A stretch of 26,910 nucleotides of DNA from UHGV virus genome UHGV-0040495. One strand, given 5' to 3'. The notes under the pieces were generated by a model. The model did not search any database. It was not told the DNA's origin and saw only the letters and a list, made by a program, of their open reading frames with translations. Shown here one piece after another: positions 15,187-26,054 of this stretch (positions are counted from its first letter, which is position 1; every line of letters starts with the position of its first letter). The stretch comes from a virus. Made by a program: the position numbers and the translations under genes.

Positions 15187-16581
15187 TTACGCCCCTACAA
15201 AGTTCGTTACGTTCACGTTAAACGTGATGGATTCGAAGCCGCGGCGCGGCGTCATGACGGCGCTCAGCCCGTTATATTTTCCTTCCTGGTAATCGGAGGG
15301 GTTCAGGCTGTTGTAGTTACTGAACGGCACGGCGTTGATCACGGCGTTGCCGGCGTAAGTGCCTTTGTCATACTCGGTGTTGAAATCTTCCTGCGTCAGT
15401 TGCGTGTCGATGACGCGACCGAGGATCAGCCCGTAGCTGATGCCATTACGCATGGTTTTCAGAGCGCGACGCTGCAGGCGGTCAATGCCCTTCTGCTCGT
15501 AGTACAGCGGGTTAACGGTCGTGTTGGAGCCGTTGATGATTTCATTCGCCAGGTCGAGCTCAAGGTTGATCGCCGTCCACGCCACCGAATACCAGTAGTT
15601 GAACGGGTTACCGTCGAGCATGCGGCCGGTGAACAGCACTTTGTTACTGAGACCACCTTCGGCGCCGGTACCGATGTAGTTGATGTTGCTGTTCTGAAGC
15701 GATTTCAGCAGTGCGCTGTTGCCTTCCAGCGGATACTCAGTCAGGCCGTACATAAAGCGGTACGACATCGGCGGCACCATGTTGCTCGACCCCGGGTCGT
15801 TTGCCAGGGATGACTGGAACGGGCCGGCCATGGAAAACTCGCTAGCCGGAATATCCGGAGCCTCGACGCCAGCAAAGACAGTTTTGTTTTTCGTCGCTGT
15901 CCACGCTTCATAGGTCGCGATCGTTGTGGTGACAAAGAAGTAAACCAGACTTCCCGGCGAAGTATAGAGGCTGGTCAGGGTTTTAAATTCATCGACCGAA
16001 TCCCATTCGCGCGGCACCAGATAGGAGAAAAACTTCTGGTAGGTGTTACCCAGGGAGACGTCTTCAGCAATGAAGGTTGTCAGCGCTGCGACAGCTGCCT
16101 CCATGGACACATCGCCCAGTTCCAGCACATAAACAGCCCGCGTTTTACCCTGGGCCCAGAACGAAGTATTCATCTGGGAAATTTCGGTCTGCACTACCGT
16201 TTTTACCGTTCCCATTGCCGTTGCGGTTCCTGGGTTGGTCGTCAGCGGATAGGTGAAGGTGTTGGCTCCTGTCACCGTAGCGGTATAGGCGCCATTGTAC
16301 CCCGCCGGAGTCGCGCCGGAGATGATCACCGGGACCTGCGACCCGTTAGCCCATCCGTGAGCGGCAGCCAGCGTGACGGTTACCACGCCAGTAGCCCAGG
16401 CGAGCGTCGAGATGGTTTTCGCCGGTGCAAGGATGTCGGCCAGGTCGGTTTCACTGGTCAGCAGCTGATATTCACCGGCATTCAGCGTCGTGCCGCCCAT
16501 AGAAATCATCGCCCCGGACTTTAACAACTGCGAGGGCTTCGGCGGATTCGTCACCGACACGTTAATATTAACAATTGCCAT
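15187..16581 (-). CDS. Tail sheath protein
   Basis: 464 aa, a size and position typical of contractile-tail sheath, followed by the tube gene. Confidence 0.65.
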   Translation of the reverse strand: MAIVNINVSVTNPPKPSQLLKSGAMISMGGTTLNAGEYQLLTSETDLADILAPAKTISTLAWATGVVTVTLAAAHGWANGSQVPVIISGATPAGYNGAYTATVTGANTFTYPLTTNPGTATAMGTVKTVVQTEISQMNTSFWAQGKTRAVYVLELGDVSMEAAVAALTTFIAEDVSLGNTYQKFFSYLVPREWDSVDEFKTLTSLYTSPGSLVYFFVTTTIATYEAWTATKNKTVFAGVEAPDIPASEFSMAGPFQSSLANDPGSSNMVPPMSYRFMYGLTEYPLEGNSALLKSLQNSNINYIGTGAEGGLSNKVLFTGRMLDGNPFNYWYSVAWTAINLELDLANEIINGSNTTVNPLYYEQKGIDRLQRRALKTMRNGISYGLILGRVIDTQLTQEDFNTEYDKGTYAGNAVINAVPFSNYNSLNPSDYQEGKYNGLSAVMTPRRGFESITFNVNVTNFVGA

Positions 16582-16585
16582 TTAC

Positions 16586-17524
16586 TTATTTCTCCGGGTC
16601 AATGGACGGAATTGCAGACGTGATCAACTGGCGCGCTAAATTACGCATCCGTTGCTGGTAGTAATTGATTTTGAATTTGATGGTCTTACGCATGGCAATG
16701 ATGTTGAGCTCGTTCTGAGTGACTCGCTCATCCTGCACGACGGGAATATTCATGATCCCCATCTCCGGGGCATCGCCGGTCGTGTAGTCCTGCACATACC
16801 GCACAAAGTCTTCAATGCTGGCGTTACGCAGGCCGGTGACCGAAAGCGTCACATCTTCCGATACCAGCTGATACTGGTTTTGCTTCTCGTCCAGATAGAA
16901 CGCGCCGGCGATCGGTGACGTGTTACTGCATTTCACTGTCGCATAGGGCGGCGAAAGGTTCTGCGTTGAGAGCATCGCCGGGAACATCGGCATGTACTGA
17001 TTCAGGGCCAACCAGATCGGCAACGAGCTCGACACCACCACGTCAGAGAGGTCTATGTCATCCGCAGAGTTGATGATCTGCGACCGCATGTGCGGAAAAA
17101 TAGCCTCTCCGGTGTAGTGGTACAGGTTCGCCGGTTCATTCAGCCCGGTACGCCGGGAGAACGAGAACTGAACGCCAAAAAACTCGCCGATGTACAGCAC
17201 CTCTGACCCGATGTCGTTAAACGGGTCGATGTCCGCCTGTGCGGTGAACGTCACCACGTTGCGATCGTAAAGTTGCTCGTCGTCCTGAATGGTTTCTGTC
17301 GTCAGGTGCAAATAACCTTTCACATCCACCGTATCCGGCTCATTGTTCGGATCGTCAGACAGGACCGAGGCTTTCACCCAGAACACGAAGCCATCGAGCG
17401 GAAGTACCTTTCTGATGTACTTCGTGAACGTCACCACCTGGAACCGGCTCAGATCATCCAGCCCCTGTGTCAGGGTAGCGTTAAGCTCGGTTTTGGCGTT
17501 CTGTAACTCACTCAGGGAAGGCAT
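16586..17524 (-). CDS. Neck/tail-completion protein (hypothetical)
   Basis: 312 aa, located between the head-tail joining genes and the sheath. Function by position only. Confidence 0.35.
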   Translation of the reverse strand: MPSLSELQNAKTELNATLTQGLDDLSRFQVVTFTKYIRKVLPLDGFVFWVKASVLSDDPNNEPDTVDVKGYLHLTTETIQDDEQLYDRNVVTFTAQADIDPFNDIGSEVLYIGEFFGVQFSFSRRTGLNEPANLYHYTGEAIFPHMRSQIINSADDIDLSDVVVSSSLPIWLALNQYMPMFPAMLSTQNLSPPYATVKCSNTSPIAGAFYLDEKQNQYQLVSEDVTLSVTGLRNASIEDFVRYVQDYTTGDAPEMGIMNIPVVQDERVTQNELNIIAMRKTIKFKINYYQQRMRNLARQLITSAIPSIDPEK

Positions 17525-17942
17525 TCAGCACCCCGCTTACCCAGGCTCGCATAGCTGCCTGATAGGTTCCTGTGTCAATGAACGAAGGGCGTGGCGGCCC
17601 CTTTTTGGCTTTAAAGCGCTTCGATATTCCCTCAAGCGCGCGGCGAGTTGGTACGCCAGGGAGGCCGTTCATCTCGGTGTTATCGAGGAAGCCGACAAAG
17701 AGATCGTGAACTTTGGACATTGACTCAGCGAGCGGGTCTTTTGCCGGCGGCGCGCCAGCGAACATGTTTTCAAGCGCTGCGGCCAGGTCTTTGCTCATCA
17801 GCTCAGCGATGTCGTTCCCGTAGCGGTCAAAGAACGTCTGCATAATCTGATACCTCGCTTCCAGCTCTTCCGCTACGCTCCCCGTCGTGGTGTACTCGTC
17901 CTCGTAGGGGATATCGATAACGCCCAGATGAAAGGTGATCAT
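17508..17942 (-). CDS. Head-tail joining (neck) protein
   Basis: Track ORF starts at 17999. I prefer the ATG at 17942, which gives an ATGA overlap with the upstream gene's stop. About 144 aa. Confidence 0.4.
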   Translation of the reverse strand: MITFHLGVIDIPYEDEYTTTGSVAEELEARYQIMQTFFDRYGNDIAELMSKDLAAALENMFAGAPPAKDPLAESMSKVHDLFVGFLDNTEMNGLPGVPTRRALEGISKRFKAKKGPPRPSFIDTGTYQAAMRAWVSGVLNAFPE

Positions 17943-18367
17943 GTCAGACCCCACAGGCTCCCGAACTGCTGAGCGAACATCAGGTAGCGACGGCCCCACG
18001 GGTCCTGGAGCATCTGCAGATCTGCCAGCGACAGGTCTTTGAAGAAATCAGGGACCAGGCGCTGTGCGCTGGTAGAGTTATCCCCGGCTCCCGTGATAAC
18101 CCCGGCTTTGAAGTCATTCAGCCCATATTGTTTACGGAACTCAGCAAACACAGCCTCTGTCCCGTAATTGATGAGAAACGATGCCCCAAGGTTATAAACC
18201 GCGATGCTGTACATGTTAGGCATAACGCACGCGATGTCCGGGTTAACCCATTCAATGGCGCCGCCATAGGCGAGAGAAAAAGACGGCGAGTCGTCGGGAA
18301 CCTGGTCGGGGGTGATGCCCATATCAGATCGAACGAATTCGATGAATCCCGACAGACTGGTGGTCAT
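17939..18367 (-). CDS. Head-tail connector/adaptor protein (DUF4054-like position)
   Basis: 142 aa, with 4-nt overlaps to its neighbours, downstream of the capsid gene cluster. Confidence 0.4.
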   Translation of the reverse strand: MTTSLSGFIEFVRSDMGITPDQVPDDSPSFSLAYGGAIEWVNPDIACVMPNMYSIAVYNLGASFLINYGTEAVFAEFRKQYGLNDFKAGVITGAGDNSTSAQRLVPDFFKDLSLADLQMLQDPWGRRYLMFAQQFGSLWGLT

Positions 18368-18846
18368 TTCTTCTTGCTCCCGGCTTTCGGCGTGACAATT
18401 TTTTCGTTGATGGTCGGGTCGTCTGAATGGTCATCGCGCCCCTTGGCCTGCTCTGCGCTGAATTCCATGTCACCTTCGTAGCCGATACCGCTTTCGCGCA
18501 GTGTGTTATCCAGCGCGGCGACGGATGCCTGCCGGCGGTTATGAGCCCCGCGGGTCAGATGACCATCGTTATCGCGAATGGTTTTCTCAATAACGCTGGC
18601 GGAAACGGGTTTGTTGATGCTGTAGCACAGGCCGACAAATGCCTGGCTCTGGTCGATTTTGGTTGAGTCAACCAGACCGTAAACCTGATGATGCTGAATA
18701 ACCGCTTCGACTTCTTCGGTCGAGCCATCCAGAACCAGCATCTGTGAGCCGTGCTCAATGGGGATCTGGCGAAGGCGCCCGGTTTCCAGCTGGCGGAAAG
18801 TGAAGATGTGGCGCTGTTTGGTAGTGTTGGCGATGTACAGTTTCAT
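18364..18846 (-). CDS. Head-associated hypothetical protein (head completion position)
   Basis: 160 aa. First gene after the post-capsid terminator; GAAGGG 6-7 nt upstream of its ATG. Confidence 0.4.
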   Translation of the reverse strand: MKLYIANTTKQRHIFTFRQLETGRLRQIPIEHGSQMLVLDGSTEEVEAVIQHHQVYGLVDSTKIDQSQAFVGLCYSINKPVSASVIEKTIRDNDGHLTRGAHNRRQASVAALDNTLRESGIGYEGDMEFSAEQAKGRDDHSDDPTINEKIVTPKAGSKKK

Positions 18847-18860
18847 TGTTTACCCTTCGT

Positions 18861-18894
18861 AAAAAAGCCCCTGCACAGCGAACCATGCAGAGGC
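18861..18894 (-). terminator. Rho-independent terminator downstream of the major capsid gene
   Basis: Minus-strand RNA GCCUCUGCA-(10-nt loop)-UGCAGGGGC gives a 9-bp stem with one G-U pair, followed by U6 (plus-strand A6 at 18861-18866). Confidence 0.6.
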
Positions 18895-18918
18895 TTAAGC
18901 ACTTCTCAATTTCGAGTT

Positions 18919-19950
18919 TTAGTCGCTGTATTTCATCGACAGGATGGTGATAGCTTCCGGACGGACTGCCCAGCCAGCCGTAGAGCGCATTTCTGACAGC
19001 ACGTCGATAGCGCCCCCGGGGATTGGCGTCGGGATTTCCATCGGTGCCGCCATGTCGGTGAACATCAGGGCATTAGCCGCCAGAGACGGGCTCAGTTTGG
19101 CGAATTCGTTGGTGTTCACGGTGGAGTTAACCATCGGCACTTCAACTTCCGGGATGGTGATAACCACCGCGTCAGTACCGCCGGCACCGGCGCCGATCAG
19201 CGTGTCGTCGTACACCCAGTCAACCTGAACATTCGCGCCACGGAGAACCTCTTTCACGGTGCCGCCGACGGTATCAGTACCGCCGCCAGGACGCTGATAA
19301 GATGTCAGCTGAACGATCTGCTGAATCTCCATCGCGCCCAGCACTCGCTGCGGCCCGAGGATAACAACACGCTGCTGGCGACCCAGTTGCATGGTGCGGG
19401 TCAGCGCGGCCTGTACATGGCCCAGCAGATAGACAGCCATCTGTCCATGGTCGTAGGTCAGCACAGTGGTGTTGCTGTTGCTGTCCGGCGGCAGGGTTTC
19501 GGTGGTCGCGCCTGCGGTGTTCAGCAGACCTTCGCCGCCTGCCGGGTTCATGCCGTACAGCAGCGCAGAACGCAACTGCTGGAAGATGCCCTGACGCATG
19601 CCGAGACGCTGAGCTTCTGGCAGTGCCACGTTCCAGTTACCGGCCGCCGCGGTGTCGTGGTGATCGTAGATACCACGGCAGCGGAACAGGTAGGTTGGAG
19701 TGGAGATCATGCGCGCCTCGAGCGCCACGCTCGGCAGCTGGTTGGCGTTGCCGGACTGGCTGGAGGTTACCTGGGTACGAATATCCAGGCGGCGCATATA
19801 AACGTACTGGTCGCCTACGCCAAGGCGGACCTGCGGGTTACCGCTGGCGATGGTTTCGAACGCACCGGACGCCTGCTGGTAACCAATGATCAACTCCGGC
19901 GCAATATACGACGGGTTGACGATGGTGTAGCTGGGGGTAATTGCAGCCAT
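18919..19950 (-). CDS. Major capsid protein (probable)
   Basis: 343 aa. Last gene of the head sub-cluster and followed by a strong terminator, an arrangement typical for the abundantly expressed capsid gene. Confidence 0.6.
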   Translation of the reverse strand: MAAITPSYTIVNPSYIAPELIIGYQQASGAFETIASGNPQVRLGVGDQYVYMRRLDIRTQVTSSQSGNANQLPSVALEARMISTPTYLFRCRGIYDHHDTAAAGNWNVALPEAQRLGMRQGIFQQLRSALLYGMNPAGGEGLLNTAGATTETLPPDSNSNTTVLTYDHGQMAVYLLGHVQAALTRTMQLGRQQRVVILGPQRVLGAMEIQQIVQLTSYQRPGGGTDTVGGTVKEVLRGANVQVDWVYDDTLIGAGAGGTDAVVITIPEVEVPMVNSTVNTNEFAKLSPSLAANALMFTDMAAPMEIPTPIPGGAIDVLSEMRSTAGWAVRPEAITILSMKYSD

Positions 19951-19963
19951 TTAAAGCTCCCGA

Positions 19964-20824
19964 TTAAAGTAAGACCAGCGCGCAGCTGTCGGTGTTGTTC
20001 CAGGTAAGGAAGCCCGTAGCGCTGTCATAGCTGACAGTTTTAGAGTTCCCACTCTCGATGGAGATGACTTTCACCGGCAGGGTGATGTCTGCCTGAGCCA
20101 CAGCGCCGATAGCGCCCTGCGTGGTCGCGGAGCCTCCCGGCGCGCTGGCAGGCGCATAGGTGAAGGTTGTCGTACTCGGTACGGTCAGCACAACGACGGT
20201 GCCGTTATAGGCAGCCGGATCTACGCCGCTGATCTTCACGTACTGGCCTGCAGTCAGACCATGTGCAGAGGCAGTGGTGGCGGTGGCCACGCCATTCGAG
20301 TAGGTAACAGCGGTCGTGTCAATGTCAGCACCGGCAAAAGCCGCCGCGGCTGCGGTGGTCACCTGGTTATTGACGAAGTCCCACGCCAGCGGCGTTTTCA
20401 CCGATGCGCCAGCGGTTCCGAGCGCTACCACCTGCGCTGAAGCTTTCAGCGGAACGCGCATGTTGGATCCAAGGCGGTAGAATGAAACGCTCATGCCGGA
20501 CGCATACAGCGGAACCGGTGATTGCGGAGTGGTAAGGCCGTTGTGGGCCTGGTTGAAGACGGTGAAGCCTTCGAGTTCAGCCAGTGACACAGCGCGACGA
20601 ATAGTCGACCCGCGAGGACTGGAGTTCACGCCGGGCAGCAACTCGGCAACCGGCAGGCCACCCCACAGCGGTTTGGTTTCGGTGGCGGCGACAGTGCCGG
20701 ACGCCAGGTTAAAGCGATTTGCCGGATCATCCAGAGCAACGCCCTGAATGAAGCCATCAGACTGCACACCGAAGGAACCAGCGGCATTCGTGGTCGCCAT
20801 CGGGTTAAGAGATAAATTAGCCAT
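19964..20824 (-). CDS. Capsid-associated structural protein (decoration or scaffold-like; uncertain)
   Basis: 286 aa, Ala/Thr/Gly/Val-rich and beta-like, between the scaffold-like gene and the capsid gene. Confidence 0.35.
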   Translation of the reverse strand: MANLSLNPMATTNAAGSFGVQSDGFIQGVALDDPANRFNLASGTVAATETKPLWGGLPVAELLPGVNSSPRGSTIRRAVSLAELEGFTVFNQAHNGLTTPQSPVPLYASGMSVSFYRLGSNMRVPLKASAQVVALGTAGASVKTPLAWDFVNNQVTTAAAAAFAGADIDTTAVTYSNGVATATTASAHGLTAGQYVKISGVDPAAYNGTVVVLTVPSTTTFTYAPASAPGGSATTQGAIGAVAQADITLPVKVISIESGNSKTVSYDSATGFLTWNNTDSCALVLL

Positions 20825-20839
20825 GCTTCAGAGCTCCCG

Positions 20840-22456
<1,617 letters not shown>

Positions 22457-22465
22457 TTAATGCTC

Positions 22466-23296
22466 CTATGCTGCTTTCATGGACTCCAGGAACTTGCGGC
22501 CCTTCTGGGTCAGCATGTCCTCTGGAATGCTGCGGAGGTTGTACAGATAGGTGACGTAGCACCGACAGAAAACCTCTTCGCCAGGCTGCGTAATTTCGTC
22601 GAGATAGCCGGCATGGCCAGCTTTGACATAGCCATTTTTCTGCGCCCAGTTACCGCGGATGAGATAGACCAGCTTGTCACGCTCCTTGTGGTCTTCCCGG
22701 TAGTCATACCCTGGCTGGCGCCAGTGGCTATGCCATTCGGCAGCAATCGCGTTATTGCTCGTCGCGATGATGTTGTCGATATTGGCGATCAGCTTATGGC
22801 TCTGGTCAATCATCACGCGGCGCGCTTCGTAGTCCACCTGCTCAGCACTCTTCTGAATGTGCTGGGCGTTTGCCACAATGCCACTTCGCGACGATGCAGA
22901 CAGACCGCCACCGACATAATCCTGCACCGGTATGCTGGTTGCCCAACCACTGAAACGCTGAACGGTTTTGTTGATCGCCGCGGTGCGATTCAGCTTTATC
23001 AGGTCAGCGCTGGCCAGGATGCGGCGATCCAGCTCGCTGCGTAACTTCGGCTCCATGTAGTTCAGCGTGAAGCGTGAAAGCCCCTTGTGGCGCTCCAGCG
23101 CTCCAGCCTTGCTCACCTGCAGGTCATAGGTCTTACGCAACCGATCGGACACCATGCTCATGTAGTCGTCATCAGTTTCGCTTTCGGCCGCTTGCCGGAT
23201 AATGGCCTGCCATTGCTCCAGCTCCTGCCGCGAGGTGTAGCCATTGCGCAGAAAGAACTTCACCGCCTCGCGTACGGTGCGCGTGAAAGTCTTCAT
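22466..23296 (-). CDS. Head morphogenesis protein (Mu gpF / SPP1 gp7-like position)
   Basis: 276 aa, immediately downstream of the portal gene with a 4-nt overlap. Confidence 0.5.
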   Translation of the reverse strand: MKTFTRTVREAVKFFLRNGYTSRQELEQWQAIIRQAAESETDDDYMSMVSDRLRKTYDLQVSKAGALERHKGLSRFTLNYMEPKLRSELDRRILASADLIKLNRTAAINKTVQRFSGWATSIPVQDYVGGGLSASSRSGIVANAQHIQKSAEQVDYEARRVMIDQSHKLIANIDNIIATSNNAIAAEWHSHWRQPGYDYREDHKERDKLVYLIRGNWAQKNGYVKAGHAGYLDEITQPGEEVFCRCYVTYLYNLRSIPEDMLTQKGRKFLESMKAA

Positions 23297-24708
23297 AGCA
23301 TCATCCCGCCGCCGGGCTCTTCATCCCGTGGCTGTTCAGGCCGATTAGCCTTTAGAGAGTCGATATCGAGATCGAGCCGCTGCGGGAACAGGCTTTCGTT
23401 AGCGTTCGCGTTGGTCTGCGCCCACTCGATAAGCAGAGCGCGGTTCTCATCATCCGTGTTGACCTGTGGAAGCAGCACTTCCAGCATGCTGACGATCGCC
23501 TTAAACCGGATTTCGTCGACCTTCACTTTTTCGCTTTCCGGCTCTTTCAGGGATGACGGCCAGCGATATTCGAAGTTGTTAATCCATGAGGAGAAGTACA
23601 GGCTGTAGGTGTTTTTCAGCTCCGGAAAGTCAGCACGCAGAGAATTGAAAAACTCAATGCTCCATGCGCGATACTGGCAAATACGGATGAAATAGTCATA
23701 CAGAGGCTCAAGCCACTCGCGGATGTTGTCGATGTAGACTGCAACAGATCGAGCGTCTTCCGTACCCTCGCCGAAGCCCTGAGCGAATGTTTCCGAGTTC
23801 AGAATGATAGCCGGCATGTCAGCTGCCGCAGCGATATTCTCCAGAATGTGATTCCGGGAGGAGTCGAGCGGCTTTTCCAGGTTGCTCAGGTCGATGGATT
23901 CGATGCTGTCATTTGCGCCGATCTGCAGGACCTCGCCTGTCTTCCCTCGCTTCAGCATCATTCGTTTGATGCCGCTGAGCTTTTGCATCATGTTGTTGAC
24001 GACTGAGCTCGGTCCCTGAATCTTCGTTACCAGCAAGCCACCCTTCACGGAAACCATGTCATCGGTGCGCATGGTCTGGATGAAGGATTTCAGCGGGAAC
24101 AGCGCGCGCTGGTAAACGCTGCGACCGGTAAAGCCAAAGGCAGCAGAGTTATAGGCCAGATAAATCGGGTCCTCGTTCTGTTGCACGACGCAGCGGGATT
24201 TGTGATACGGCTTGCCAGCCACTCTAATCCCGTCGACCTTCTGGAAGTCCTGCGCGTTCGGATCCTGGTTCAGGACGATGCTTCCGGCAGTGTTCAGCGG
24301 GTCGAGAATGTTGAATGTCACGTTGTGCTTATACAGCGTGCGGTAGTCCACCGCAGAGGACGGCTCCTGGTTATCAACCAGCATTGCGATCGCCGAAACA
24401 CCGTAAATGCGAGAGATGCGCGCCGCATTAGCGATGTGCTTATCGGCGCCCAGTGCTTTCCACTCCCGCTCAAATGCATCGCGGAGACGCTGCTCAATGC
24501 CATACGCCTGCGAAATGTGAACCGTGCGCGACTCGTTCATCGCCATCTTGATCGGGCGATCTACCATTTTCCCGCCCAACGGGTGGAAGAGGTAAATCGT
24601 TTTGCAGGTCTGATAGCCAGCCGACATACCCGGCTGAATGTCATCGCTGTCCAGGAGCGTGATCAGCTCCGGCGAGCAACTGCCGATTGCGATATCATCT
24701 TCGTTCAT
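23293..24708 (-). CDS. Portal protein
   Basis: 471 aa, directly downstream of the terminase large subunit. Size and position typical of portal. Confidence 0.65.
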   Translation of the reverse strand: MNEDDIAIGSCSPELITLLDSDDIQPGMSAGYQTCKTIYLFHPLGGKMVDRPIKMAMNESRTVHISQAYGIEQRLRDAFEREWKALGADKHIANAARISRIYGVSAIAMLVDNQEPSSAVDYRTLYKHNVTFNILDPLNTAGSIVLNQDPNAQDFQKVDGIRVAGKPYHKSRCVVQQNEDPIYLAYNSAAFGFTGRSVYQRALFPLKSFIQTMRTDDMVSVKGGLLVTKIQGPSSVVNNMMQKLSGIKRMMLKRGKTGEVLQIGANDSIESIDLSNLEKPLDSSRNHILENIAAAADMPAIILNSETFAQGFGEGTEDARSVAVYIDNIREWLEPLYDYFIRICQYRAWSIEFFNSLRADFPELKNTYSLYFSSWINNFEYRWPSSLKEPESEKVKVDEIRFKAIVSMLEVLLPQVNTDDENRALLIEWAQTNANANESLFPQRLDLDIDSLKANRPEQPRDEEPGGGMML

Positions 24709-24719
24709 TGGTTTTCTCG

Positions 24720-26051
24720 CTAGAGTGCGTCGCCGCTACCGAACGCGATGATCAGCCCGTAGGTGTAATCATCCAGCAAATCGTCGGCGCGCTTGTGCGC
24801 GTTCTTATCGGCAAGGTGGAATCGTGATACCTGCTTATGCAGATGGTTTGCTGTTTCGCCCTTGAAGACGGCCGTCTTCTCGTAGGCGTATCGGGATATT
24901 TTCGCCAGCCCGCGGTAGTGATACCCAGAGGCCATAATGGCGCGTTCGTCCTTCCCTTTGCTGGTCAGGGCGGATTCAATTTTGTTGACCGGCCATCCCA
25001 GGCTTTCACCTTTCTGCAGGAGGATGCTTCCCATGCTGGCGTCTTCGATGAAAACGCCGAGGCTGCCATTTACAGCGACGCACTGGCCGGATAGCTCATT
25101 CAGCCGGGTGAAAACGGACGGAATCCACTCTTCCAGCAGCGCGCCGTCGATCTGCACCACATCCCAGTCAAGAATGGTCAGGCGCTGAATTCCGGGCCGG
25201 GTGTCTACGGCGTAGTAAACCACCGCCGTGCCGTCGTGCTCAGTACCGCCCTTAACGGCGGTATCCATGACAGCGAAAACGGCCTGGCACATCTCAGGGT
25301 AATCGACAGGCTGATCCTGGTTTTCACCCTCGAACCATTTGCGGACGTCGAACAGCGACGCAGCGGACCAGTCGACGAACTCGGCCAAGAACTCCTGCCG
25401 GAAAACGCGAGGATCGTTGTTCTGTCGCTCTTTCTCCAGCTCCTCAGGAGGAACGAAGGGGTTTGATGACGTCGGCGCGTGATGCTCATGGAAGCCGAGG
25501 TCTTTGTTATGGCAGATGGCATAGAAGAAATTTTCTTCGTCCACACCGTCAGGCGTTGAGAATACGTAAGCCCGGCCCTTTGTCGTCAGCAGCGTCGGCT
25601 TAATCGACTTCGGCCAGATTTCCTTCAGCATTTCAGGCGACTTGGTAAAAGCCGCCTCATCGATCAGGATAATTTCGTACTCACGACCACGACCGGCCAG
25701 TTTGTTGTCGTTGGTGACCCAGAAGTCAATCTTCCCGCCGTTCTTCAGCAGCAGGCGCTTTTCCTGCCGGCTGAAACTCTTTTTCAGCGGCAACAGGATT
25801 TCTTCCAGCTTGTCGTAGATCTCCTGGTACTGGCGATACTCGGCAGTGAAAATACCAACCCGCCCGCCCAGCTCAATGTCCATTCCCGGGCGCCGGAACT
25901 GCGACGTTGCGTAGGTCACCGCGGCGCTCGACAGCATGAAGGTTTTACCCCAGCGTCGACCACAGCGAACTGCATTCAACTGGTGATCCCAGGAATCAGA
26001 CCAGACCGTTAACTGCCCGTTGTGTAGCGTGGGTAGGTAAATGTCGGCCAT
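24720..26051 (-). CDS. Terminase large subunit
   Basis: 443 aa. N-terminal Walker A-like CGRRWGKT and a Walker B-like acidic motif ILIDEAA. Follows the small-subunit gene with a 3-nt gap. Confidence 0.8.
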   Translation of the reverse strand: MADIYLPTLHNGQLTVWSDSWDHQLNAVRCGRRWGKTFMLSSAAVTYATSQFRRPGMDIELGGRVGIFTAEYRQYQEIYDKLEEILLPLKKSFSRQEKRLLLKNGGKIDFWVTNDNKLAGRGREYEIILIDEAAFTKSPEMLKEIWPKSIKPTLLTTKGRAYVFSTPDGVDEENFFYAICHNKDLGFHEHHAPTSSNPFVPPEELEKERQNNDPRVFRQEFLAEFVDWSAASLFDVRKWFEGENQDQPVDYPEMCQAVFAVMDTAVKGGTEHDGTAVVYYAVDTRPGIQRLTILDWDVVQIDGALLEEWIPSVFTRLNELSGQCVAVNGSLGVFIEDASMGSILLQKGESLGWPVNKIESALTSKGKDERAIMASGYHYRGLAKISRYAYEKTAVFKGETANHLHKQVSRFHLADKNAHKRADDLLDDYTYGLIIAFGSGDAL

Positions 26052-26054
26052 GAT

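Noticed and set aside
14281-15292. Plus-strand ORFs 14281..14925, 14932..15171 and 15035..15292
   Set aside because: Antisense to the chaperone, tube and sheath genes; no independent evidence.
19387-20007. Plus-strand ORFs 19387..20007 and 19623..19889 overlapping the major capsid gene
   Set aside because: Antisense, extremely Arg/Gly-rich; artefacts of the GC-rich capsid gene.
22460-23044. Plus-strand ORF of 194 aa overlapping the head-morphogenesis gene
   Set aside because: Antisense to a gene in conserved synteny; no Shine-Dalgarno; hydrophobic/Ala-rich antisense-type composition.
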